The position numbers and the translations under genes are program-made. The notes under the pieces were generated by a model, which did not search any database, was not told the origin of the DNA, and worked only from the letters and a program-made list of their open reading frames with translations. 60,919 nt of DNA from Chthoniobacteraceae bacterium (GTDB lineage Bacteria; Verrucomicrobiota; Verrucomicrobiia; Chthoniobacterales; Chthoniobacteraceae): positions 1 to 60,919 of the forward strand of contig JANNXQ010000286.1 in the NCBI GenBank assembly GCA_031409655.1, given 5' to 3'. Each line of letters begins with the position of its first letter. Within the stretch, counting starts at the first letter, position 1. Shown piece after piece: positions 28,701-36,192 of this stretch.

Positions 28701-28948
28701 CCGAGCCAGGCCAGCGCGGTGCGGTGCCCGGTGGATGGCGCGCGCCGCGCGCCCTGAGAAACCCCGCGCGAGAGCGCCTCACTCTGAGTGTGGCCACCGG
28801 CACCGCCTTTGGCATGGCGCTCGGAGCGCGCCATCCACCGGGCCGCGACGCGGCCACGCCAATTCTTGAACCGCTCTAATTTCCGGTGTCCCTCCGGGAC
28901 GCTGGACGGATCGGTGCGGTGCGTGAGGGAAGGGTGGGTGTTTTTCAT
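19784..28948 (-). CDS. Giant (3054 aa) secreted multidomain surface protein/adhesin
   Basis: Signal-like H-region; unknown N-domain; DSGPGSLRQAI motif; two RCC1-repeat blocks (~25490-26295, ~24200-25120); three ASH/choice-of-anchor D domains; NDNFANA PPC-like domain; duplicated Gly/Thr-rich beta-helix-like region; conserved C-terminal domain. Confidence 0.9.
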   Translation of the reverse strand: MKNTHPSLTHRTDPSSVPEGHRKLERFKNWRGRVAARWMARSERHAKGGAGGHTQSEALSRGVSQGARRAPSTGHRTALAWLGALLLAMSLGLGHAVAVTPAIKLYVKNGTAQPVLFTFNLGECVGLITHDPTALNFIAPGAQTHVTIDASTGRDCDTTTGGGISVYGAFSITPSTSTEAQQFLFYSADLVGDNPVAYIYATYHANTFAGELSLQQPDGSYIWTLKPLEARLSGPVDARLTKPRNFIAYDSGQWGLVAGANPTSKIDTLKFAAQGWTGAWFQTCEGHELFHAQHVKRLPNKNGRAYFMVSQSRGHAGYIYLMETNPGVPGVSEPVLDPVTDLIRPSTDGTAIGKIIWQEYFSGKYGGNYNPIGNWNHPGQLSLNGGVLLVNVQNWSEGGCFVAHCTGNTSNPYLLGTDEDAVLFYDVRDPANPKYWGKMTATELGLPERDFDNGCNGNGSGGDRREMDVSSLVRVVPIDGSPAKDEWTLVVGRYKSSKYIYTTWKTSAISPNIKDWTRVVGDGTLNPQIEASGQHGDDFNSYEWGSFKSPTPARGVERNLIFEVENNSAGGGENDGFTFRGGAGISKADYEMGLPFFDRDWDSESLYVTTKGVPVAYSMATAAGPDGGTSSNDPILLQVSDTRNAAANQTPHPVSSVVTTLWDSGPGSLRQAIGYGGTITFAPELSGRTINLTSGPLVVSPYDATINASALPNGITTKTRDGSPTFIVQNGNTVTTSGLAFPTLTTGDIGSWFGQTTNAYSGGSSPDALQSGDIGDSQETTLTTKVTGPGTLTFWWKVSSETSSDFLRFRLDFAQVAAAPEISGEVNWQQKTIAIPAGNRTLEWTYSKNGSVSTGADAGWVDEVVFTPTKPALTIEQPVGTPVRAGTVVGWGYNNYGLTPPPLGLDGVIAVAAGGQHSAALTSSGRVVVWGDGSQGQKGVPPAALSGVTAIAAGAYHTLALKNTGRVVAWGSNSSYQLGVPSDATYGVVAIAAGAEHSVALKDDGTVLAWGGNSYGQTTVPAGLSNVIAIAAGYYHTVALKSNGKVVAWGNNEEGQTTVPAEALSGVVAIAAGGYRTVALKNDKTVKEWGLDVYSQTATGVIAIAAGTYHTVALTDVGTVVAWGDNSYGQTNPSGLTGVTAIGAAGSHTLALVPTARTIAFGNQPLATTSLPKTFTLRNTGTAPLVPVSVTTTTGNNADFVVSTTGMLASVPAGGSTTITVTFNPPAPGLRTTKLRVVYRDTAQTYTDTVDIPLTGTGTGTTAPAITIEDSVGSPLGKVVAWGAGSPGQTGSLHFGQSTVPPGAQAGVVSVAAGGFHSLALQNGGTVVAWGANGSGQASPPVGLTRVTGIFAGGQHSAALDADGRVWAWGAGAPGETGGVNYGQSTVPPEALSGVDEVATGGYHTVALKSDGMVVAWGYNFYGQRDVPPGLSGVVQIAAGAYHTVARKSDGTVVAWGRNGDGQVTGTPTTISPTSAIANPVTLGGQVLSEVYWIAAGDYHTAAIKNGTVVAWGSDAAGQRTPPPGLSGVERVSAGASHTVARRVDGTVVIWGSNTYGQKTLPAVLNGLAAKISAGGVHTLALAEPSSTHFFSHDVGTSQAPKIFTIKNTGTDTLVINGASITGLGNPEDFTVNIGATPISIPVGGQTTLTVTFTPKALGDRTATLSVLSNDPGAGTVNITLTGVGTGVVLPKIALDLPPGTPAGATSVDFGSKILGTPGVPKTFTIRNTGNSPLSITSVTTTGGQSGSFIVNTSQMLNSIPAGSQTTFIVTFNPAILGTRLTNLSVLSNDATNGSIGVGLTGLTTPPNDNFANAQTLAGASGTATGGNTGATREVGEPDLVYGPPTGGTHSVWYRWTAPFSGTATIDTLGSDFDTLLGVYTGSAVGSLTLIASNDDTDVDSTSKVTFAAVNGATYRIAVDGKNGGRGSITLNYSVVARDYLVKIAGGIMTVTNLTDGSDPLAISEPSAGNIQIAVSGRNFSVNDGTNLLGSSGSLSRAGITSIIVNAGESADIINVGAFTGTLPTLTINGGTGDDTVNFNGDITFAANANLDVDLQNDSTTPGVDTVNVAANAHLRASGTGSIAVKASRNVAMAAGSSFETVNGDLILSANAGGSTPGAFVGVDINGGVVEATGSGVVSVTGKGGTVGDSAFGVYVRGGGRIVGGTAGTVTVSGTGGSAATAFQHGVDVRDPGSTIRSNGANVQVIGQGGANASPFAIGVQAFNGGVITSGGVSSTVTVVGTGLQGAGVSVSTASAQITSGGGAVSVAGTTSAANGPGITIDAGAAITTAINGGNITLIADKMGLQSTVSANAAGTVLLRQNTNGLLINLGAADSATTLGLTDAELDQVTAGTVQIGDANSGAITASAAITHPNNLSLTTGSGVTFNQAVTMAVNKNLTVSAAGTGNGTINLANTNADLGASGTGAISLTTARNIALVSGASVVTVNGNLTLSANAAGTTTGSFVGVDINSALVEVTGTGTLSVTGRSGDTGGYGVAVSGAGSILRGGTAGAPAMTVTGTSNITGSGNENFGVLVAGGGLLTSSGADVSVTGIASGTTSGATGVRVIDAGSTLKAGGAGNVTVTGTVSGAGAFAGVYAVFSGVITSSGGNVLITGSNTGTGSWKLGVSPEAGGGFASGGTGTLTLDGTSTNGADGVAVLSNITAGGDLIITGTSGVAGGGIRYSGGTTTSTNGYILLIADGMNLAGGTINGTTVTLRQKTNGQLINLGSTVDTTASTLELSDAELDRVTAGSVNIGDPNSSGALTVSAAITRPSSTDVALYSGGNIVFNPGTLNTGGAPLLLGAAFSSIQPITSGTDVTTDVNFNTGALIMPANTNLALAINGTTVDTGYNQLNVAGRVNLAGVDLILSGAYVPQPGDSFTLVNNDGTDPITGRFDSLSYLEGSTFTFNGVPMKITYMGGTGNDVVISARTALENWRQLYFGSIANSGNGANLNDYKKDGAVNLLKYAFGLNPTLSNGTQLPRPQKVGGNFVATFTQPAGVSGITYGAEWSTTLQAGSWTPIPDTGSGSTHTSSIAIGTVPKLFMRLTVTDPNP
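28728..28841. repeat. REP-like palindrome, family B, in-frame within the giant gene 5' end
   Basis: ccggtggatggcgcg...cgcgccatccaccgg; related to 30175-30292 and 60825-60919. Confidence 0.75.
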
Positions 28949-29009
28949 AAGGCAGGGGTGGTGGATGGGATGCGGTGCGCCCCGTGGCGGGACGCGATGA
29001 TTGGAAAAT

Positions 29010-29486
29010 TCAGGGTCGGGCGGCGACGGGTGGCTTCAGGGCGTGGACGAGGAGAAAACCGGCGGCCCCCGCCAGCGCGGCGGCGCGGAGGCAGGCAAAG
29101 GCAACCGATTCGAAAAACGCATCCACGCCGCTGCCGGGACGGAGCCCGAGGAGCCGCAGGTCGAGACACCCGCAGGCGATGGGCAGCCCGCGCAGCCACG
29201 CCTGGCCGGTGCAGACGGTGAAGACGCCGAAGAGCATCAGCGCCCAGGTCAGCGCGGCCGGAGTCCGGTGATCCGCGAGCAAGAGCAGGCCGCAGAGCAG
29301 TTCGAGCCACGGGAGCACGATGGCCACGCCCGCGGTGAACGCGCCGGGCAGCGGCAGGCGATAGGCCAGGAGGCTGGTGTGGAATTCGTGCGGGTCCGCC
29401 AGCTTGCCCAGGGCCGCCCAGACGAGCACCACGCCGATGATCCAGCGCAGCGCGACCTTCCAGGTGAGCCGGGTGGAAGTCTTCAT
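29010..29486 (-). CDS. MauE/DoxX family membrane protein
   Basis: AALGKLADP, LPWLELLCG, RGLPIACGC. Confidence 0.85.
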   Translation of the reverse strand: MKTSTRLTWKVALRWIIGVVLVWAALGKLADPHEFHTSLLAYRLPLPGAFTAGVAIVLPWLELLCGLLLLADHRTPAALTWALMLFGVFTVCTGQAWLRGLPIACGCLDLRLLGLRPGSGVDAFFESVAFACLRAAALAGAAGFLLVHALKPPVAARP

Positions 29487-30109
29487 GGCCGGCCTCCCGT
29501 GGTAGCCGTTTCCCTGGATTGCGCGAGCGTCCACTCCGCATAGCCGCCTGGCATTTCGCGCACATCCGCGTAGCCAAACTCCCCGCTGAGCAGCACCGCC
29601 GCCTTGTGGGCAATCGCGCAGCGGATGCTGGCGCAGTAGATCACGAGCGGCTGGGTCGGCGGAACCTTCGCCCGGAACTCGCCGATCCGCTCCTTGATCA
29701 TGCCAAACGGCAACGACACCGCGCCGGGAATGTGGCCCGCCTCGAAAGCATGAGGGTCGCGCCCGTCCACGAGGACGATCTCGCCCCGCGCCAGCGCGCC
29801 CTGCACTTCCGCCCACGACATGACGACAGGCAGTCGCTCCCCCGCCGGAGCCTGCGCCGGGCCGGGGCCCGTGGGATAAATGACGGCGGTGATGGTTTCA
29901 TTTTGCAACCCGGCATCCGGCGTCGCGGCCTCCGGAGCGGCGGCGGGCGTCTGCGGCAGGGCCACGGCCACGGCTGGGACGGCGGTGGCGCGAGCCGAAG
30001 CGCGCACCCCGAGCGGACTGACGGCATCGTAAGCAAAGCCGAGACAGACCGCGGCAATGAGAATGCCCGCGGCCTCACGAAGGATCGGGGAATGCAGCGC
30101 CGCTTTCAT
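29483..30109 (-). CDS. Membrane-anchored rhodanese-domain protein
   Basis: LVDGR...FEAGHIPGAVSLP, IYCASIRC, GGYAEW; ATGA overlap with MauE. Confidence 0.85.
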   Translation of the reverse strand: MKAALHSPILREAAGILIAAVCLGFAYDAVSPLGVRASARATAVPAVAVALPQTPAAAPEAATPDAGLQNETITAVIYPTGPGPAQAPAGERLPVVMSWAEVQGALARGEIVLVDGRDPHAFEAGHIPGAVSLPFGMIKERIGEFRAKVPPTQPLVIYCASIRCAIAHKAAVLLSGEFGYADVREMPGGYAEWTLAQSRETATTGGRP

Positions 30110-30174
30110 GGCTGCGGCACCGGTTGCGGAACATTGTCGGGCGTCTCTGTGAGAGACTGTGAAATAAGTCGCGT

Positions 30175-30292
30175 CGGTGGATGGCGCCGCTCCGCGCGCC
30201 ATGCCAAAACTCATCGCGCGGAAGCGCCACTCTGAGAAATTGGGCCTGCGGCGCAGTGAGACGCATGGCGCGCGGAGCGGCGCCATCCACCG
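30175..30292. repeat. REP-like palindrome, family B
   Basis: tcggtggatggcgccgctccgcgcgccatg ... catggcgcgcggagcggcgccatccaccga, perfect 30-bp arms. Confidence 0.88.
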
Positions 30293-30383
30293 ATATTCCG
30301 ACTCTTTACACAGTCTCTGCGACGCGATGCCGCCTCACAGAGGCGGCCGACAAATCCGCGTCCAAGCTGAGCCACTATCGCTT

Positions 30384-31454
30384 TCATGGCTGCCCTCCTG
30401 ACGCGAGCTGCCGCTCGATTTCCTCCGCCAGCGAGGCGAGGCTCACGGGACCGGTGATCTGGAGTCCGGTCACGCGGTCGCCGTCCGCCGGGCCCAGGAT
30501 GAAGGCCGGCGTCCGCACGATGCCGGCGGCAAGTGCAAGCTGCGCGTCCGCCGCGATGGCGGCGCGACTTTCCGCTCCGTCCAGGCAGGCATCGAACTGC
30601 GGAAGATCCAACGCGGCCTCCTGCGCGGCCTGCCGGATGACCTCGACGGGAAGCTCCCCATTGGCCGCAAAAAGCCGCTCCCGCATCGGCCAGAACCGGC
30701 CCTGCACACCCGCGCAGAAGCCCGCGCGTGCCGCCTGATTCGCGGCTGGATCGAGCGGGCGCGGCAGATGCCGGGTGACGATCCTGAGCTTCCCGGTCTC
30801 GAGATACTTGTGCTGGAACGGCTCGAAGACCTCCTTCTGAAACCGGAGGCACAACGGATCGCGGAAATCCGTGAACTCGACAAGCACCAGCCGCGCATCC
30901 GCCATCCCGAGCGAAGGCGCTCCCGCCGTGGACACCGTGACGCTCGGCGGCCGCGGCGGAGGAGAAGGCGGCCTCGGTGGGGCCGCAACCGCGATGGGAA
31001 TCCCCGGCCTGCCGCCATTCAGCGCCACATCGCCACCCGCCACCGCCCAGCCTTTCCCGTCCCGGAAAAAGGAGATGCGCAGCCTCGGCGCCGGCGCCCT
31101 CCGAAGGACCGCAGCGTCGATCGTCGGAGCCTGCGCCGAGTCCCCAAGCCGGACGGCATAAGCCCCTTTGCGGACATCCAGCCTCATCTCCGAGGAAGCC
31201 CAAAGCGTGGCCCCCTGATCGCCGACGAGCGCAAAATTGAAGCGCCCCTCTCCCTGAAACGGCACCCCCTCGACCCTGAGCCGCCCCTCGTAATACACGA
31301 CATCCGCCGCCGCCGAGGCGACGAGGAGGAAAAGGGCCGCGAGGTATCCCAAGGAGCAGGGGCGCCCTCGCCCCGTGGAGCAACTCGGGGCGAGGGTGCC
31401 CCTGCTCCTTGGATGCGAGCCACCGCGAGGGCGTAGCGGGAGCGGAGTTTTCAT
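30384..31454 (-). CDS. Secreted DsbA-like thioredoxin-fold fusion protein with DxxC active site
   Basis: Signal peptide; N-domain YEGRL...; Pro-rich linker; EFTDFRDPLC, RHLP, QGRFW, GIVRTPAF. Confidence 0.8.
   Translation of the reverse strand: MKTPLPLRPRGGSHPRSRGTLAPSCSTGRGRPCSLGYLAALFLLVASAAADVVYYEGRLRVEGVPFQGEGRFNFALVGDQGATLWASSEMRLDVRKGAYAVRLGDSAQAPTIDAAVLRRAPAPRLRISFFRDGKGWAVAGGDVALNGGRPGIPIAVAAPPRPPSPPPRPPSVTVSTAGAPSLGMADARLVLVEFTDFRDPLCLRFQKEVFEPFQHKYLETGKLRIVTRHLPRPLDPAANQAARAGFCAGVQGRFWPMRERLFAANGELPVEVIRQAAQEAALDLPQFDACLDGAESRAAIAADAQLALAAGIVRTPAFILGPADGDRVTGLQITGPVSLASLAEEIERQLASGGQP
31349..31412. repeat. REP-like palindrome, family C, in-frame within the DsbA-like leader
   Basis: ccaaggagcaggggcgccctcgcccc ... 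ggggcgagggtgcccctgctccttgg. Confidence 0.82.
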
Positions 31455-31975
31455 GGCGTGGTTAAAAGTCTACGAAACACCGTTCGGTGGATGTGTGCTC
31501 ACCCGTTCCGATCGAAATTTTTTCTTCGTTCGTTTCATCCGACCGCGAAGATTTCTGCTTTTTTCGCGGAGCGAGAGCGCGGGAGGCAGGGGAGAAGCGT
31601 TTTCATGGAGGCGGCAAGTCGTGGACGGCGACGCACCGGCGCAGGCGTTGACTTGGGAAAGTCCGCGACGGTGAATTCGGGAAATCGCCGCCGTGGCGAC
31701 TCAGCGGAAGCGGCGCGCTGGACAAAAGAGACAAGGCTATCGCGCCGACTCCGGCAAGCGCCAGAGAGATGATCTCAGAGTTAACGAGAGACGCTTATGA
31801 GGCTTCGACGCGCGATCGCGATCGGAATCGTGGAAGCAACTCATTTTCAGCATTTGTCTGACAGCGCGTGGCGTAGAGCGAGTGGGCCAAGAGGACACTC
31901 GCCTTGGAGGGATGCGTCCGTCGCGTCCCCGATCGAAGGGGCAGAGGTGGCGTGGAGCCCGCGGGCCCGCCCGGG

Positions 31976-32327
31976 TGCAATCGCTTCGTGCAGCAAGGTC
32001 GGGAAGTCCGACCGGGGCAACGCGCGCTGGTGCTCCTGCGCGGTCCCGGAGGCGAATTTGAGGTGCCCTTTGACGAAGCCGTCGTCGGCGGTCCGGCGCA
32101 GGACGAGAGCCGCCACTACTGGATGCAGCGCGAGGGAGCGGAGCCGGTGGTGGTGCCGGACATTGCGAGATTCGTGGAGAAGGACAAAGCGACGAAGGAG
32201 CAAAATTGGGAAGACGTGCCCGCCGGATCGTCGCTGGAAGGGCTGCTGCTCCCGCGCCTGCCGGGGAAGGATTACCGGCTGCTAAAGGTGGTGACGCAGG
32301 CTCCAACTCCAGAGCAGGTCGCCCGGC
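31976..32327 (+). pseudogene. Possible remnant of a small protein (SRAP-like CNRF N-terminus)
   Basis: CNRFVQ...YRLLKVVTQAPTPEQVARL reads like a real protein, but no ATG precedes the Cys and it runs into the ThuA stop. Confidence 0.35.
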
Positions 32328-33266
32328 TTACTTTTTCTTCGGCTCTGGCTTCGGGTCGAGGTTTGCGTCGAGGTCGTCCTTGCTGACCGTCGAGGCAATG
32401 CCCGCCGCTGGCACCGCGCCTTTCGCCACCCACACGAGCGCGTTGAGCACCGTCTTGCGGAAGTCGTTGTTGGCCCAGTTGTCGTGATAGTGCCCGCCAG
32501 TGAAGCCAAAGCCGCGGCCGCCATCCGGACGCTCGACGGTCCACATCATGGCTTCACTGCGTCCGCTCGCGGCGACGATGTGATCGTAGGGACCCTTCGG
32601 ATAAACGTAGGGGCCTTTGCGCACTTCGTCGCTCGGCTTGGCGACGAGGATGGGGACGAATTTCACGCCGCCGTCTTCCTTCGCGCCATCGGCCGTAAAG
32701 CCATTCGCAAAGCGCATATTAAAATACCACTCATCCCTGATCTGAAAGGGCCCCACACCGCTCGTGACCGGGTGCGTCGGGAATTTCTCGAAGCTCGGCT
32801 CCCACATCGGATTGCAGGAAAACGCCTTTTCGTAATGGCCGCCGATCCAGCGCCGAAAGGGCTCGCCCGCTTGCTCGACCTCGACCTCCACGCCGTAGTG
32901 CATGCAGCCAATGCCGACGCCTCTTTTCACCCACTCCTCCACCTTCGGGAGGCGCGCTCCGCCTTCCTGCACGACGTCGTGCTTCGGCCCGCCATCCATG
33001 TAGAAAACGACCGCATCCGCGCCATCGAAGACTTTCTCATCGGCCGGCCAGCCATTCAGCACCACGTCCACCTGCAAAGTCGGAGCGCCTTGCGCGAGGC
33101 ACTTCGCGAGTAGTTGCACGCCGGCATTGAACTCGTGCATCCGAGGAGGATGCGAAGGTTTGCCCGCGATGAAGACGAGCTTCTGCCGCCCATCGGGCGT
33201 CTTGGCGGAAGCAGGCGAGGGGAGCGCGATCGCAAGCGCGGCGAGGAGCAGGAGGGAGCGTTTCAT
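32328..33266 (-). CDS. Secreted ThuA-domain protein
   Basis: Signal peptide, AGKPSH...HEF, DEWYF, GRGFGFTGGH. Confidence 0.85.
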   Translation of the reverse strand: MKRSLLLLAALAIALPSPASAKTPDGRQKLVFIAGKPSHPPRMHEFNAGVQLLAKCLAQGAPTLQVDVVLNGWPADEKVFDGADAVVFYMDGGPKHDVVQEGGARLPKVEEWVKRGVGIGCMHYGVEVEVEQAGEPFRRWIGGHYEKAFSCNPMWEPSFEKFPTHPVTSGVGPFQIRDEWYFNMRFANGFTADGAKEDGGVKFVPILVAKPSDEVRKGPYVYPKGPYDHIVAASGRSEAMMWTVERPDGGRGFGFTGGHYHDNWANNDFRKTVLNALVWVAKGAVPAAGIASTVSKDDLDANLDPKPEPKKK

Positions 33267-33556
33267 GGATGGGTGGAATGAAGTCAGGAATCAGGCCGCA
33301 GGTCAATTTGGCCCGCGCGAATATCCTCGGCCTCGCGTCTTCTGAACTTTGGCGTTTGGAGTTTGGAGTTCTCCCCGCGTAGAGCACTGCCGTCAGTGAA
33401 GCCGAACGGGAGCCTGCCCATTTCTACGCCAAACACGGACCCGACCTTGCCAAGCCCGGAGACTTCAGGCACACCGAAGACGCCCGATGACCCCCGCCGC
33501 TCCCGCCGCACTAAAGCCTCTCCGACCTCGCCTCGCGGCGGACGCCCCGTAGCCCT

Positions 33557-34480
33557 GTGACGGAATTCCTCCAGCAACTCATCAACGGTCTTTCGCTCGG
33601 GTCGATCTACGCCCTCATCGCGCTCGGTTACACCATGGTCTATGGCGTCCTGCGCTTCATCAATTTTGCGCACGGCGACGTCTTCATGATCGGCGCCTTC
33701 GCGGGACTCTACTTTCACAAGTGGATGAAGCCAATGCTCGCCGGGCTCCCCGAGCTGGCCAGCGCGCTCATCGTCCTTGTCGCCGCGATGGCCGTGTGCT
33801 GCGTGCTCGGCATCACCATTGAGCTGCTCGCCTATCGCCCGCTGCGCAGCCGTCCGCGGCTCATCGTGCTCATCACCGCGATCGGCGTCTCGCTCCTGCT
33901 TGAGTATTCGGGTCAGCTCATCTTCGGCGCCGCGCCGCGCGGTTTTCCCACGCTCATCGAGCAGCGCGCGGTGGGTGGACTGGGTGGCATCACCGTCTCC
34001 ACGAAGCAGTGCATCGTGCTCGCCGTCACCGCTGTGTTACTGGTGGGCCTGCGTTTCATCGTGCTGAAAACGAAACTCGGCATGGCCATGCGCGCGCTCT
34101 CTTTCAATCCCACCGCCGCCTCGCTCATGGGCGTGAATAACAGCGTGGTGATCTCCTTTACCTTCGGCCTCGGCTCCGCGCTCGCCGGCGCGGGTGGCAT
34201 CTTTTACGCGATGCTTTATTCGGCCATCGATCCCTTCATGGGCGTCCTGCCTGGGGTAAAAGCCTTTGTCGCCGCGGTGCTGGGCGGCATCGGGAATATC
34301 CCCGGCGCGGCGCTCGGCGGGATCATCATCGGCGTCACCGAAACTCTGGTCGTCGCCTACAGTAAGAACATCGGCATCCCGCCCGGCTACCGCGATGCCG
34401 TGGCCTTTGTCATTCTGATCCTCATCCTGCTCTTCAAGCCAAGCGGGCTGCTCGGAAAAGTAGAAAGGGAGAAGGTCTAA
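33557..34480 (+). CDS. livH: Branched-chain amino acid ABC permease
   Basis: QQLINGLSLGSIYALIALGYTMVYGVLRFINFAHG. Confidence 0.93.
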   Translation: MTEFLQQLINGLSLGSIYALIALGYTMVYGVLRFINFAHGDVFMIGAFAGLYFHKWMKPMLAGLPELASALIVLVAAMAVCCVLGITIELLAYRPLRSRPRLIVLITAIGVSLLLEYSGQLIFGAAPRGFPTLIEQRAVGGLGGITVSTKQCIVLAVTAVLLVGLRFIVLKTKLGMAMRALSFNPTAASLMGVNNSVVISFTFGLGSALAGAGGIFYAMLYSAIDPFMGVLPGVKAFVAAVLGGIGNIPGAALGGIIIGVTETLVVAYSKNIGIPPGYRDAVAFVILILILLFKPSGLLGKVEREKV

Positions 34481-35419
34481 ATGAAAGGCTGGTCCCGCAT
34501 TTCGTTACTCGTGGCGATCATCGCGAGTTTCGTCATCTCACACTTCTCCAGCCAGATCGATGACTACGTGCTGAACATCCTCGTGATGATCGGCATTAAC
34601 ATCATCCTCGCCGTCAGCTTGAATCTCGTGAATGGACACACCGGCCAATTCTCGCTCGGTCACGCCGGCTTCATGGCCGTCGGAGCTTACACCTCCAGCA
34701 CCATTACTCTCGCGCTGAAGAGCAATACTGGACCCGCGGCGAGCCAGGGCATATTTCTGCTCGCGCTCGTTTCGGGGGGCGCCGTTGCCGCCATTGCCGG
34801 CCTCATCGTCGGCGTGCCCTCGTTGCGTTTGCGGGGCGATTACCTTGCCATCGTCACGCTGGGCTTCGGGGAAATCATCCGCGTCATTATTCAAAACACC
34901 GACGCCCTTGGCGGCCCGCGCGGACTCGGCGGTATCCCGCAATACGCCAACTTCTTTTGGACCTTCGCGCTCGCCGCGGTGACCATCTACGTCATCGCCA
35001 GCCTCGTCGATAGCACTTACGGCCGCGGCTTCCTCGCCGTGCGGGATGATGAAGTAGCCGCCGAGGCGATGGGTATCAATACGACCAAGTACAAAGTGAT
35101 CGCCTTTGTCCTCGGCGCCTTCTTTGCCGGGATTGCGGGCGGACTCTACGCCCACTACATCACCTACATCACGCCCGAGGGTTTCAATTTCCTGAAGTCC
35201 GTGGACGTCGTGGTCATGGTCATCCTTGGCGGCATGGGCAGTACCCTCGGCGTTACCCTCGCCGCCATCTTACTGACCGTGCTCAACGAGTTCCTGCGGA
35301 ACTTCGAGCAGTATCGGATGATCGTCTTCGCCCTGCTTCTCATCATCATGATGATCGCCCGCCCGCAGGGCCTCATCGGCGACTTATCCTGGCTCCGCCG
35401 CAAGAAGAAAAGCCCATGA
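34481..35419 (+). CDS. livM: Branched-chain amino acid ABC permease
   Basis: GQFSLGHAGF, LRLRGDYLAIVTLGFGEI. Confidence 0.93.
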   Translation: MKGWSRISLLVAIIASFVISHFSSQIDDYVLNILVMIGINIILAVSLNLVNGHTGQFSLGHAGFMAVGAYTSSTITLALKSNTGPAASQGIFLLALVSGGAVAAIAGLIVGVPSLRLRGDYLAIVTLGFGEIIRVIIQNTDALGGPRGLGGIPQYANFFWTFALAAVTIYVIASLVDSTYGRGFLAVRDDEVAAEAMGINTTKYKVIAFVLGAFFAGIAGGLYAHYITYITPEGFNFLKSVDVVVMVILGGMGSTLGVTLAAILLTVLNEFLRNFEQYRMIVFALLLIIMMIARPQGLIGDLSWLRRKKKSP

Positions 35420-36192
35420 GCGCACTCCTCAAGCTCCAGCAGGCGACCATTCAGTTCGGCGGCCTCAAGGCCGTGAGCGAACTCGACTTTCACATCGACG
35501 CCGAGGAAATGGTCGGCCTTATCGGACCCAATGGCGCGGGCAAGACCACCGTCTTTAATCTCGTCACCGGCGTCTATCATCCTACCGCCGGAAAAATCGA
35601 ATTCAACGGACGCAGCGTCGCCGGCGAGAAGGCGTCGAAGATCACCGCCCGCGGCATCGCGCGCACTTTTCAAAACATCCGCCTCTTCGCTTCGCTGAGC
35701 GTCTTCGACAACGTCCGCGCCGCCTGCAATATGCACCTCCGCCACGGCATCGCCCATGCACTCTGGCGCGGTGGTGCCTTCCACCGCGAAGAGCAGGAGA
35801 TCGAAGCCCGGGTCATGGAGATCCTCGATATCTTCAATCTCGGCCCGCTGCGCGACACCCTCGCGAAAAGCCTGCCCTACGGTGACCAGCGCCGCCTGGA
35901 AATCGTCCGCGCCCTCGCCACCCGCCCGCGCCTGCTCCTCCTCGACGAACCCGCCGCGGGCATGAACCCCACCGAGAAGCAGGACCTTATGAAGCTGATC
36001 CGCTTCGTGCAGGAGAAATTCAAGATCGCCATCCTGCTCGTCGAGCACGACATGAAAGTGGTGATGGGGATCTGCGAACGCATCGCCGTGCTGGATTACG
36101 GAGTGAAGATTGCGGAAGGCACGCCGGAGGAAATCCGGCGGAATCCGAAAGTAGTCGCTGCTTACCTTGGAAAGGAGGCGGACGATGCTTGA
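35416..36192 (+). CDS. livG: Branched-chain amino acid ABC ATPase
   Basis: GPNGAGKTT, RTFQNIRLF, LDEPAAGMN. Confidence 0.93.
   Translation: MSALLKLQQATIQFGGLKAVSELDFHIDAEEMVGLIGPNGAGKTTVFNLVTGVYHPTAGKIEFNGRSVAGEKASKITARGIARTFQNIRLFASLSVFDNVRAACNMHLRHGIAHALWRGGAFHREEQEIEARVMEILDIFNLGPLRDTLAKSLPYGDQRRLEIVRALATRPRLLLLDEPAAGMNPTEKQDLMKLIRFVQEKFKIAILLVEHDMKVVMGICERIAVLDYGVKIAEGTPEEIRRNPKVVAAYLGKEADDA

Noticed and set aside
31455..31560. ECF-sigma promoter upstream of the DsbA operon
   Set aside because: A CGTA-like -10 is present, but no convincing -35 at proper spacing could be assigned.
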